This document shows, piece by piece, positions 56,650-64,000 of a stretch of DNA of 64,000 nucleotides; positions within the stretch are counted from its first letter, which is position 1, and each line of letters starts with the position of its first letter. This DNA is from Gammaproteobacteria bacterium (GTDB lineage Bacteria; Pseudomonadota; Gammaproteobacteria; Pseudomonadales; Porticoccaceae): NCBI GenBank assembly GCA_016191205.1, contig JACPPB010000012.1:20446-84445 (forward strand), in the 5' to 3' direction. The notes below the pieces were generated by a model. The model worked only from the letters and a program-made list of their open reading frames with translations, was not told the DNA's origin and did no database searches. The position numbers and the translations under genes are program-made.

Positions 56650-56772
56650 GCCGCGCTGGGCGCTCGCGCGATCTCGCCGCGGGGAGCGCATGACTCGGTC
56701 ATAAATTTCGTCGGTTTCGGCTACCATTGCGCGCCTTCCCGGCCGCCATGATGCCACGACGAGAGACCGCCT

Positions 56773-58314
56773 ATGTATCTGACCCAGGGTTTGCGGCGTT
56801 GCGCCGAACGCAACCCGGACCGGCTCGCGCTGGCGGGTGGAGGCCGCCAGCGGAGTTGGCGCGACTTCAGCGATCGGGTCGCGCGGCTGGCAGGCGGGCT
56901 GGTCGCCATGGGATTGCGGCCTGACGACCGGGTCGCGATCCTGTCTCACAACGGTCCCGAATACTTCGAGTTCAGTTACGGCGTGCCCTGGGCGGGCGGG
57001 GTCATCGTACCCCTCAACAACAAGCTTTCCACTGGGGATCTGGTTTACATCCTGAATCATTCGGGAACCCGGTTTCTGCTCGCCGACGAGGATTTCCGGG
57101 AATTGATCGACGGTTTTTCCGGGCGACTGGAATCGGTGGAAAAGACCTTTTATTTCGCGCCGGGGCGGGATGACAGCGCCTACGAAAATCTGATCGCTTC
57201 CTCGCCGCTCCTCGACGACCAGTTGCGCGGTTACGAGGACATGGCAGGCATTTTCTACACCAGCGGCACCACCGGGCGACCCAAGGGCGTGATGCTCAGC
57301 CATCGCAACCTGCTCTGGAACGCCATGAGTGGCATCATCAACTATGGTCTCAGCGAAGCGACGGTCTATCTTCACGCCACGCCGCTGTTCCACGCCGCCG
57401 GTGGTTCGCGCGTGTTCACCATGGTGACCGCCGGCGTCACCAATGTGATTCTCCCGCGCTTTGATGTGCGGGAATTATTGGCAGCCATTGAACGGCATCG
57501 CGTTACCAGCCTGCTGCTGGTGCCGACGATGATCAACCGTCTCGTGAATGATGCTGCGCTCGGCGATTACGATTTGTCGAGTTTGCGCACCATCGCCTAC
57601 GGGGCTTCGCCCATGCCGCAGGCGGTGCTGGCGGACGCCTTGCAGAAACTTCCCGGTGTCGGCTTCTGTCAGGCCTACGGCATGACCGAGTTGTCGCCGG
57701 CGGCGACATTTTTGGACACGCGCTATCACGTTCTCGACGGCCCGGACGCCGGACGTCTGCGCTCCTGCGGACGCGCGGTGTGGGGCGCTGACGTGCGTAT
57801 CGTAGACGACCAGGATCGCCCGTTGCCGAGCGGTGAAGTTGGCGAAATCGCCGTGCGCGGACCCATGGTGATGCAGGGCTACTGGCGCGATCCGGAGGCC
57901 ACTGCCAAGGCGGTGCGCGACGGCTGGATGCACACCGGCGATGCCGGTTACCGCGACGCGGATGGCTTTTTCTATATCGTCGATCGCATCAAGGACATGG
58001 TGATCACCGGCGGCGTCAATGTGGCCTCGGTGGCGGTGGAGGATTGCATTCACCAACTGGAAGCGGTGGGGGAATGTGCGGTGTTCGGCGTCCCTCACCC
58101 AGATTGGGTGGAGGCGGTGCACGCGGTCGTGGTGCCTCGCGCGGGCGTCGCGTTGACGGTGGCAGATGTCATCGCCCATTGCCGGGCGCGGTTGGCTGCC
58201 TATCAGTGTCCGCGCTCGGTCGAGATCCGCACCCAGCCGCTGCCCATTTCCGGCACCGGCAAAATCATGAAAAACGAACTGCGCAAACCCTTTTGGCAGA
58301 ATCCCGACGCCTGA
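56773..58314 (+). CDS. AMP-dependent acyl-CoA synthetase / fatty-acid--CoA ligase
   Basis: 513-aa ORF with the AMP-binding signature IFYTSGTTGRPKGVMLSHRNL, plus TGDAGYRDADGFFYIVDRIKD and GKIMK at the C-terminus. Confidence 0.87.
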   Translation: MYLTQGLRRCAERNPDRLALAGGGRQRSWRDFSDRVARLAGGLVAMGLRPDDRVAILSHNGPEYFEFSYGVPWAGGVIVPLNNKLSTGDLVYILNHSGTRFLLADEDFRELIDGFSGRLESVEKTFYFAPGRDDSAYENLIASSPLLDDQLRGYEDMAGIFYTSGTTGRPKGVMLSHRNLLWNAMSGIINYGLSEATVYLHATPLFHAAGGSRVFTMVTAGVTNVILPRFDVRELLAAIERHRVTSLLLVPTMINRLVNDAALGDYDLSSLRTIAYGASPMPQAVLADALQKLPGVGFCQAYGMTELSPAATFLDTRYHVLDGPDAGRLRSCGRAVWGADVRIVDDQDRPLPSGEVGEIAVRGPMVMQGYWRDPEATAKAVRDGWMHTGDAGYRDADGFFYIVDRIKDMVITGGVNVASVAVEDCIHQLEAVGECAVFGVPHPDWVEAVHAVVVPRAGVALTVADVIAHCRARLAAYQCPRSVEIRTQPLPISGTGKIMKNELRKPFWQNPDA

Positions 58315-58365
58315 ATGATACGGTCTGGCCCCCGGAGCCGGGAGTCAGACCGTCCTGACTTTCGA

Positions 58366-58686
58366 TCAGTGCTGTCCGATCGGTGTGCGCAGCACCAGGC
58401 CATCCAGTTCCGGCGCGGCTTTGAGCTGGCACGCCAGGCGGGAATTGGTGTCGCGTCCTTCCGCCAGGTTGAGCATCGCATCCTCCATGCTTTCCATGGG
58501 CGCCAGCTTGGCGAGCCAGGCGTCATCGACAAAGACATGGCAGGTGGCGCAGGCGCACACGCCGCCACAGTCGCCATCGATGCCGGGCACCAGATTGCTG
58601 ACTGCCGCCTCCATCAGCGATATGCCTTCCTCGACGTCGACGACGCGTTGGGTACCGTTGTGTTCGATATAAGTGACTTTGATCAC
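58366..58686 (-). CDS. [2Fe-2S] ferredoxin, adrenodoxin/putidaredoxin type
   Basis: 106-aa ORF with the cluster motif GDCGGVCACATCHV ... RLACQ. Confidence 0.87.
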   Translation of the reverse strand: MIKVTYIEHNGTQRVVDVEEGISLMEAAVSNLVPGIDGDCGGVCACATCHVFVDDAWLAKLAPMESMEDAMLNLAEGRDTNSRLACQLKAAPELDGLVLRTPIGQH

Positions 58687-58754
58687 GCTGAAACTCCTTT
58701 ATGGGCAGGATTTGTTGAATGCCCGCAGCTTGCTGCGGGCGGTCGGGTATGGAT

Positions 58755-59972
58755 TCAGGCCAGCAGGTCTTTTACCGGTACCGCATCATCGGCGAGACGG
58801 GCTGCATCCACAGTGCCCGGGCGCGGAATCAGGGTCCGCGCGGCGATGAATTCCGCCGGCCGGTTGATGGCATCGACCGCCAGCAGGCGCTTGCCCAGCA
58901 GGTAGAAAACCGCAAAGGAACGGGTCGTCGGATCGCCGCGCACCACGACACTGTCGTAGCCGCGGTTGATGCCCGCCGTCTGCAATTTGATATCGTACTG
59001 GTCGGACCAGAACCAGGGCACCTGGGCGTAGGGTTTGTGTTTTCCGGCCATGGTGGCCGCTGCGGTCTTGGCCTGTTCGATGGCGTTGTGCACCGATTCC
59101 AGGCGGAAGCGACAGCCGTAGATCGCATTGGGATGATTGGTGCAGTCGCCCGCCGCCAGGATGCCGGGCGTCGCGGTGTTGCCCAGCTCGTCCACCAGAA
59201 TACCGTTGTCGCAGGCGATGCCCGCGCTCTGGGCCAGCTCCACATTGGGCAGCAGCCCGATGCCGGCGAGCACCAGTTCCGCGTCAAGCCCTTCGCCGTC
59301 ACCGGTGATGACCCGGGCCAGATCGGCCGTGCCCTCGATGCGGGTGACCGCGGTATTGCAGCGAATCTCGACGCCGGCTTCGGCGTGGATGCGCTGAAAA
59401 AATTCCGACACCTCCGGGCTGGTGACCCGAGCCAGCGCCCGGGGCGCGGCCTCCAGCACCGTGACCCGGAGCCCGTGCTTGGCGGCGACTGCGGCCACCT
59501 CAAGGCCGATATAGCCGGCGCCGATAATCACCAGCCGCGCACCCGCGCGGAAATGGCGACGCAGGCGTTCCACGTCCGCCACGGTGCGCAGGTAGTGCAG
59601 CCGGGGATGATCGGCGCCGGGGCAGTCGAGCTGGCGCGGCCGACCGCCGGTGGCAAACAGCAACTGGTCGAACGCCAGTTGTTGACCATCGTCGAGCGTC
59701 AGGCGCCGGGCCTGCGCGTCCAGCGCGGTTGCCACGACGCCCAGCACGGGTTCGACGTTGGCCTGGCGATAGAACGCCTCGGGTTTGATAAGCAGACGTT
59801 CCTTGGGCAGCTCTCCCGCCAGAAACGCCTTGGACAGCGGCGGGCGCTGGTAGGGCAGCAGCGGCTCGGCTCCAATCAGGAGCACGCGGCCGCCGAAGCC
59901 TTCCTGGCGCAGGCTGGCTGCCGCCTGCGCGCCGGCCTGGCCGCCGCCGAGAATGAGCACGGTCTCGGTCAT
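58755..59972 (-). CDS. FAD-dependent ferredoxin--NAD(+) reductase (putidaredoxin-reductase type)
   Basis: Start trimmed from ORF 58755..60629 to MTETVLILGGGQAGAQAA (cat 59970-59972). It has a second Rossmann motif, LVIIGAGYIGLEVAA, and AAGDC. Confidence 0.87.
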   Translation of the reverse strand: MTETVLILGGGQAGAQAAASLRQEGFGGRVLLIGAEPLLPYQRPPLSKAFLAGELPKERLLIKPEAFYRQANVEPVLGVVATALDAQARRLTLDDGQQLAFDQLLFATGGRPRQLDCPGADHPRLHYLRTVADVERLRRHFRAGARLVIIGAGYIGLEVAAVAAKHGLRVTVLEAAPRALARVTSPEVSEFFQRIHAEAGVEIRCNTAVTRIEGTADLARVITGDGEGLDAELVLAGIGLLPNVELAQSAGIACDNGILVDELGNTATPGILAAGDCTNHPNAIYGCRFRLESVHNAIEQAKTAAATMAGKHKPYAQVPWFWSDQYDIKLQTAGINRGYDSVVVRGDPTTRSFAVFYLLGKRLLAVDAINRPAEFIAARTLIPRPGTVDAARLADDAVPVKDLLA

Positions 59973-59986
59973 GGATCGTGCTCCGT

Positions 59987-61240
59987 TCAGGCGTTGATGC
60001 GAACCGGCATCGATTTGTAGTTGCGAATGGCGTAGGTCGTCGCGCGTTCCGGTTGAGTCACCACCTCGATCTGGCCCGGCTCGGGCCAGCGCTTGATGGC
60101 CTCTTCCCAGAGGATTTTCAGTTGCAGTTCCGCCAGCCGGTTGCCGACGCAGCGGTGAATGCCGAAGCCAAATGACAGATGCTGGCGCGGCCGGGCGCGG
60201 TCGATGACCAGCTCTTCGGCGTTTTCGATCACTTCCTCGTCGCGGTTGCCGGAGTAGTACCACATCACCAGTTTTTCGCCCTTGCGGATGATCTGGCCGC
60301 CAAGTTCGCTGTCTTCCAGCGCGGTGCGCCGCATGCTCATCACCGGCGTCTGCCAACGAATGATTTCCGGGATCATGGACTCGACCAGCTTGGGATTGGC
60401 GCACAGCTTGCGGTATTGCTCCGGGTAGGTGTTCAGCGCGAGCAGGCCGCCGGTCATCGAATTGCGGGTGGTGTCGTTGCCACCCACGATCAGCAGGATC
60501 AGGGTGCCCAGGAACTCCTGCGGAGGCATGTTCCGGAACGCTTCGGAGTGGGCCAGCATGGAGATGAGGTCGGGGCGCGGCTCGGCGTTCACCCGCTCGT
60601 TCCACATGCGGGAGAAATAGGCCGCGCATTCCTGGAGTTCACCCATGCCGGCGGTGCGCTCGGCGGCGGATACATAGCCGGTCATGGCGGTCGCGGTGTC
60701 GGACCAGTGGGTGAGTTTGCGGCGCTCCGCCCAGGGGAAATCGAACAGGGTGGCGAGCATCTGGGTGGTCAGCTCGATGGAAACCCGATCCACCCAGTCG
60801 AAGGTCTGGTTCAGCGGCAAGGCGTCCAGCGTCTCGCCGGTACGTTCACGGATGCCCTCGGCGAATTTGGCCAGATTTTCCGGACCGACCGCCGGTGAGA
60901 CCACCTTGCGCTGCACGTCGTGCTTGGGCGGATCCATGGCGATGAACATCTCGATATCGAGGCCCAGGTTGCCATCATCCAGCGTGATACCGCCTTGCTG
61001 GGACGAGAAGATCGGGTGACTGGTCTCCACCTTGACGATGTCGTGGTACTTGGTCACCGACCAGTAGGGGCCGTAGGCGCTGTTTTTGCAGTAATGCACC
61101 GGAGCTTCGCGGCGCAGGCGCGCGAAGTAGGGGCCGTAACTTTCGGTGGCGAGTATCCTGGCATCGGCGACATTGATGTCCTCGAGCGGCATCGCGAGGA
61201 CATCCGCCGGGATGTTGGTATGAGCGGTTGCTGCGGTCAT
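59987..61240 (-). CDS. Cytochrome P450, CYP153-like (soluble alkane/terminal hydroxylase family)
   Basis: Start trimmed to MTAATAHTNIP (cat 61238-61240). It has the haem loop FGFGIHRCVGNRLAE and the I-helix LLIVGGNDTTRNSM, together with WQTPVMSMRRTA. These are the strings I associate with CYP153A enzymes. Confidence 0.85.
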   Translation of the reverse strand: MTAATAHTNIPADVLAMPLEDINVADARILATESYGPYFARLRREAPVHYCKNSAYGPYWSVTKYHDIVKVETSHPIFSSQQGGITLDDGNLGLDIEMFIAMDPPKHDVQRKVVSPAVGPENLAKFAEGIRERTGETLDALPLNQTFDWVDRVSIELTTQMLATLFDFPWAERRKLTHWSDTATAMTGYVSAAERTAGMGELQECAAYFSRMWNERVNAEPRPDLISMLAHSEAFRNMPPQEFLGTLILLIVGGNDTTRNSMTGGLLALNTYPEQYRKLCANPKLVESMIPEIIRWQTPVMSMRRTALEDSELGGQIIRKGEKLVMWYYSGNRDEEVIENAEELVIDRARPRQHLSFGFGIHRCVGNRLAELQLKILWEEAIKRWPEPGQIEVVTQPERATTYAIRNYKSMPVRINA

Positions 61241-61422
61241 GGCATTTACCCCTGTGACTTTTTTGGTGATCGCGCGAGACCGGTTGATCTGGCGCATTTT
61301 TATCGGTGAGACACTTTAGAAGATTGACGAACACTTGATGCAGGTCAGAAAACGACAATCAGGGGGCAGTAAGTGACAGTCTGCAACGGTGGGTTACGGG
61401 GGCGCGCCCCGCGGCGCGCTGA

Positions 61423-61773
61423 TCAACCCAGGCGGCTGCGAAACATGAAAAATACCGCGCCGACCAGACAGAGTCCCGCCCACAGGTAATCGAGTTTCAG
61501 CGGTTCCTTCAGATACAGCAGCGCGAACGGCACGAACAGGCTCAGGGTGATGACTTCCTGAATGATCTTCAGCTCGCCAACACTGAGCACGGTGTAGCCG
61601 ATGCGGTTGGCGGGCACCTGGAACAGGTATTCGAACAGCGCGATGCCCCAGCTGGCCAGCGCGGCGACCAGCCAGGGTTTGTGGTTGAGTTCGCGCAGGT
61701 GGGCATACCAGGCGAAGGTCATGAACACATTGCTGCACAGCAGTAATAGGATGGACGTGATTACCGGCGGCAT
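61423..61773 (-). CDS. DMT-superfamily small membrane protein (DUF486-like)
   Basis: MPPVITSILLLLCSNVFMTFAWYAHLR... with four hydrophobic segments. An alternative GTG start lies at 61785. Confidence 0.65.
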   Translation of the reverse strand: MPPVITSILLLLCSNVFMTFAWYAHLRELNHKPWLVAALASWGIALFEYLFQVPANRIGYTVLSVGELKIIQEVITLSLFVPFALLYLKEPLKLDYLWAGLCLVGAVFFMFRSRLG

Positions 61774-61817
61774 GCGCAACTCCACACGACGCTTGCGGCA
61801 TTGAGGCTCATGCGCTG

Positions 61818-63389
61818 TCAGGCCAGTGTGAGGCGCAGGACGCTGCCCTCGCCATCGGCGGCGATCAGCAGACCGCCCCGGTGGTCCACACAGAGGCCGC
61901 CGGCAAAGTCGAGCGGGCAGATCGCGCCGACCGGCAGGTTTTCGGCGATGACGATGGCGCCGGCGTCGCCATCGAGACCGATGGCATGGAGTGCGCGCCG
62001 GCCCCGGTCAAGCACATGGAGCCAGCCGTCCAGACACGCCATCCCGCGTGGATCGCGGAGACCGCCGATCAGTGTGGTGGCAGCGCCGTCGCGAATGCGT
62101 ATGACCCGCCCCGCGCCGGTTTCCGACACATGGAGTTCTCCGTTGGCGAGGAGCACGTCCGTGGGTCGATTCAATCCGGATATCAGCGGCGTGACCGCGC
62201 CGTCCGCCGCGATGTGCAGCACGGCGCCGTCGGTGGCGCGCACGGTGTAGATCACGCCCTCGGCACCCGCGCAGAGTCCCTTGAGTTCACCCAGTTTTTC
62301 CGCCTGCGCGCGCGCCTTGTCGGTACCGATGTCGTAGCGCAGCACGTCGCCGCGGGCGGTGGTCATCAGGATTTCGCCAGGCTGTCCCGCGGCCACGGCG
62401 CGTACAAAACGCGGTGCCGATTTGTCGAGCGGGCTGCCGATACGGCTGATCTGTCCGGTGGCGGACAGTGCGGCCAGACTCAAGCCATCCACCACCAGCG
62501 CGACGCCGGAGGGGTCACAGGCGATGCCCCAGGGCCCCACCCAGCCGGGCTCGACCAGAACGCGCTCGCGATTGCTGCCATCGGTGGCGACTTCCGCCAC
62601 GCCGCCATCCACATAGTGGGAGAGGAAAAGTCTACTCGCGCGGTCGATGGCGAGGTTGTCGATACCGGGACGCACCCGCGCGATCACCTGCCAGCGGCCG
62701 GTGACGATGTCGATCCTGGCCACTTCGCCGTTGCCGGCCTGGGGCGAGAGCAGTTCTCCCGCCGGGGTGAACTTGCAGGCGGTGGGAAACGCCAATCCGT
62801 CGGCGACTTTTTCCAATTTGCCCGTCTCGGGGTCGGCGCGCCAGATCTCCCCGCGCGGCACCAGCGGGAAATACAGCTTGCCGTCCGGCCCGCCGGCGAG
62901 TGCGTTGGGACCGTCGAGATCATCGGCAATCAGCCGGGGCGGGCGGCTGCCATCGGGATAAAGCTCGAACAGGCGGCCGCCGGGACGGTGTTCGTCGATG
63001 AAGAGGCGATTTCTGAATACCGTGACGCCGTTGGCGCTGGGCAAAGCGTCGGCCACGATATCGATGCGGCCATCGGGTCGGCGCCGGCTGACGCGGGCGC
63101 TCATCACCTCCGTCGAATACATGTTGCCGTCCGCATCGAACGCCACATCATCGGGGCCGGTAATGGCGCGTCCGTTGGGTGCGATGTGATCCAGCGTCCC
63201 CGTCGCGGTGTCAATGGCGGTCACCTGGCTGCCCATCGCCTGGGCGACATAGAGCCGGCCATCCGGGCCGAACTGCATGCCGTTGGCGCCGAACAGTGCG
63301 CTCGGCGGCGTCACGCGTTCAGCGCGCCACCCAGAGTGGAGTTTGATGGCGTTGGCAGCGGGGCCGTGCAGGGCGAGAAATCGGTTCAT
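61818..63389 (-). CDS. Beta-propeller protein (SMP-30/gluconolactonase/LRE- or NHL-like repeats), about two propeller halves
   Basis: 523-aa ORF with repeated G(P/A)DG.LY, GP(N/D) and V..D..G-type blade motifs (FGPDGRLYVA, GPDDVAFDADGNMY, GPDGKLYF). There is no obvious signal peptide. Confidence 0.7.
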   Translation of the reverse strand: MNRFLALHGPAANAIKLHSGWRAERVTPPSALFGANGMQFGPDGRLYVAQAMGSQVTAIDTATGTLDHIAPNGRAITGPDDVAFDADGNMYSTEVMSARVSRRRPDGRIDIVADALPSANGVTVFRNRLFIDEHRPGGRLFELYPDGSRPPRLIADDLDGPNALAGGPDGKLYFPLVPRGEIWRADPETGKLEKVADGLAFPTACKFTPAGELLSPQAGNGEVARIDIVTGRWQVIARVRPGIDNLAIDRASRLFLSHYVDGGVAEVATDGSNRERVLVEPGWVGPWGIACDPSGVALVVDGLSLAALSATGQISRIGSPLDKSAPRFVRAVAAGQPGEILMTTARGDVLRYDIGTDKARAQAEKLGELKGLCAGAEGVIYTVRATDGAVLHIAADGAVTPLISGLNRPTDVLLANGELHVSETGAGRVIRIRDGAATTLIGGLRDPRGMACLDGWLHVLDRGRRALHAIGLDGDAGAIVIAENLPVGAICPLDFAGGLCVDHRGGLLIAADGEGSVLRLTLA

Positions 63390-63468
63390 GGGAGCTCCCG
63401 GTCAGATAGTCGATTCCGCGATTGTTGCGCCGGCAGAGGGTGGCGGCAACCGGGTATTTGCCGGGCAT

Positions 63469-63506
63469 AAAAAAACCGCCGTCGCCCCGGGGGCGACGGC
63501 GGTTTT
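63469..63506 (-). terminator. Strong rho-independent terminator (minus strand) after the amidohydrolase gene
   Basis: aaaaaa-ACCGCCGTCGCCC-cgg-GGGCGACGGCGGT-tttt. The stem is about 13 bp. On the minus strand it is followed by a 7-nt T-tract. Confidence 0.8.
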
Positions 63507-63517
63507 AACGACGAACG

Positions 63518-64000
63518 TTATTGAACCTGAATGGGCAGGTTAAACAGTTTTTTCACGTTGTCGTGCCGAATGGCATTCTTCTGCACGTCGGTCAGGAAGG
63601 AAGTCTGTTCCGCCAGGATTTCCTGCGAGTGAGGCCAGGTGGCATCCGTGTGCGGATAGTCATTGGCCCAGACCAAGCAGCCGCTGTCGACGATGTTCTT
63701 GTTCAGGTAAGCGGTGGCATCGTCCTGGAACGTGAAGGACACATTCTTGGTGATGTACTCGCTCGGCATCTTTTTGAGCGTGGATTCCGCTATCGCGCCC
63801 AGGCGCTTGATGGCGTGGTCGGCGCGGTAGGCGTAGTGCGGGATCCAGCCGGCATCGGCTTCCGCGATCACCATCTTGAGATTGGGGTGGCGGTCGAAGT
63901 TGCCGCCGAACAGGAACACGCCGAGCACGTCCTGCACACTGCGCATGATGTTCATGAAGCCGTTGGCCAGGGCGCCGCGCTTGGGTGCCAGGGCTTCCTT
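63518..64000 (-). CDS. Amidohydrolase-2 family (ACMSD/decarboxylase-hydratase-like) protein, C-terminal part; the gene runs off the window end
   Basis: ...KMVIAEADAGWIPHYAYRADH...WANDYPHTDATWPHS... matches the metal-dependent hydrolase (Amidohydro_2) C-terminal pattern. The reading frame stays open from 63955 to the window end (KEALAPKRGALANGFMNIM...). Confidence 0.7.
   Translation of the reverse strand, partial: KEALAPKRGALANGFMNIMRSVQDVLGVFLFGGNFDRHPNLKMVIAEADAGWIPHYAYRADHAIKRLGAIAESTLKKMPSEYITKNVSFTFQDDATAYLNKNIVDSGCLVWANDYPHTDATWPHSQEILAEQTSFLTDVQKNAIRHDNVKKLFNLPIQVQ

Noticed and set aside
58755-60629. A single 624-aa ORF covers the ferredoxin reductase and extends into the P450 gene.
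   Set aside because: - The upstream 219 residues are an out-of-frame read of the P450 3' region, rich in Arg, Pro and His.
- The reductase starts at MTETVLILGGGQAG (59972), 14 nt after the P450 stop.

Overview
By eye this is a high-GC chromosomal segment, and its gene content and synteny look gammaproteobacterial. It is densely coding, with about 65 protein genes and one tRNA.

Conserved housekeeping blocks are unambiguous:
- recA-recX, with a LexA box upstream of recA
- alaS, aspartate kinase, csrA and tRNA-Ser(GCU)
- mfd, clpS-clpA, infA, msrA, ggt, pabB, rraA and thrH

The rest is mostly carbon, lipid and hydrocarbon catabolism:
- a glyoxylate-shunt locus (glcB, LysR regulator, aceA)
- three acyl-CoA dehydrogenases, a class III CoA-transferase and a MaoC dehydratase
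- two luciferase-like monooxygenases flanking a persulfide dioxygenase-rhodanese fusion
- an SDR followed by three tandem HSL-type esterases
- three hotdog thioesterases and an acyl-CoA synthetase
- a CYP153-type P450, ferredoxin reductase and ferredoxin operon

The only recognisable defence gene is a solitary mrr (type IV restriction) in a visibly lower-GC patch. I found no CRISPR, no integrase or transposase, and no multi-gene defence or secretion system.

Structure not explained by ordinary gene annotation:
1. Five same-orientation copies of a 143-bp element with 17-bp terminal inverted repeats, flanked by TA. Its junction TAGs serve as the stop codons of four neighbouring genes.
2. A tandem array downstream of tRNA-Ser that repeats the last 19 nt of the tRNA plus its terminator three to four times.
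3. A 4 x 16-bp direct repeat upstream of a low-GC paiB-like gene.
4. A tightly coupled four-gene operon with two paralogous APH-fold kinases and two uncharacterised proteins.
5. A LysR gene whose 3' end appears replaced and runs into glcB.

All functional calls come from my own recognition of motifs and families in the translations. No database search was run.
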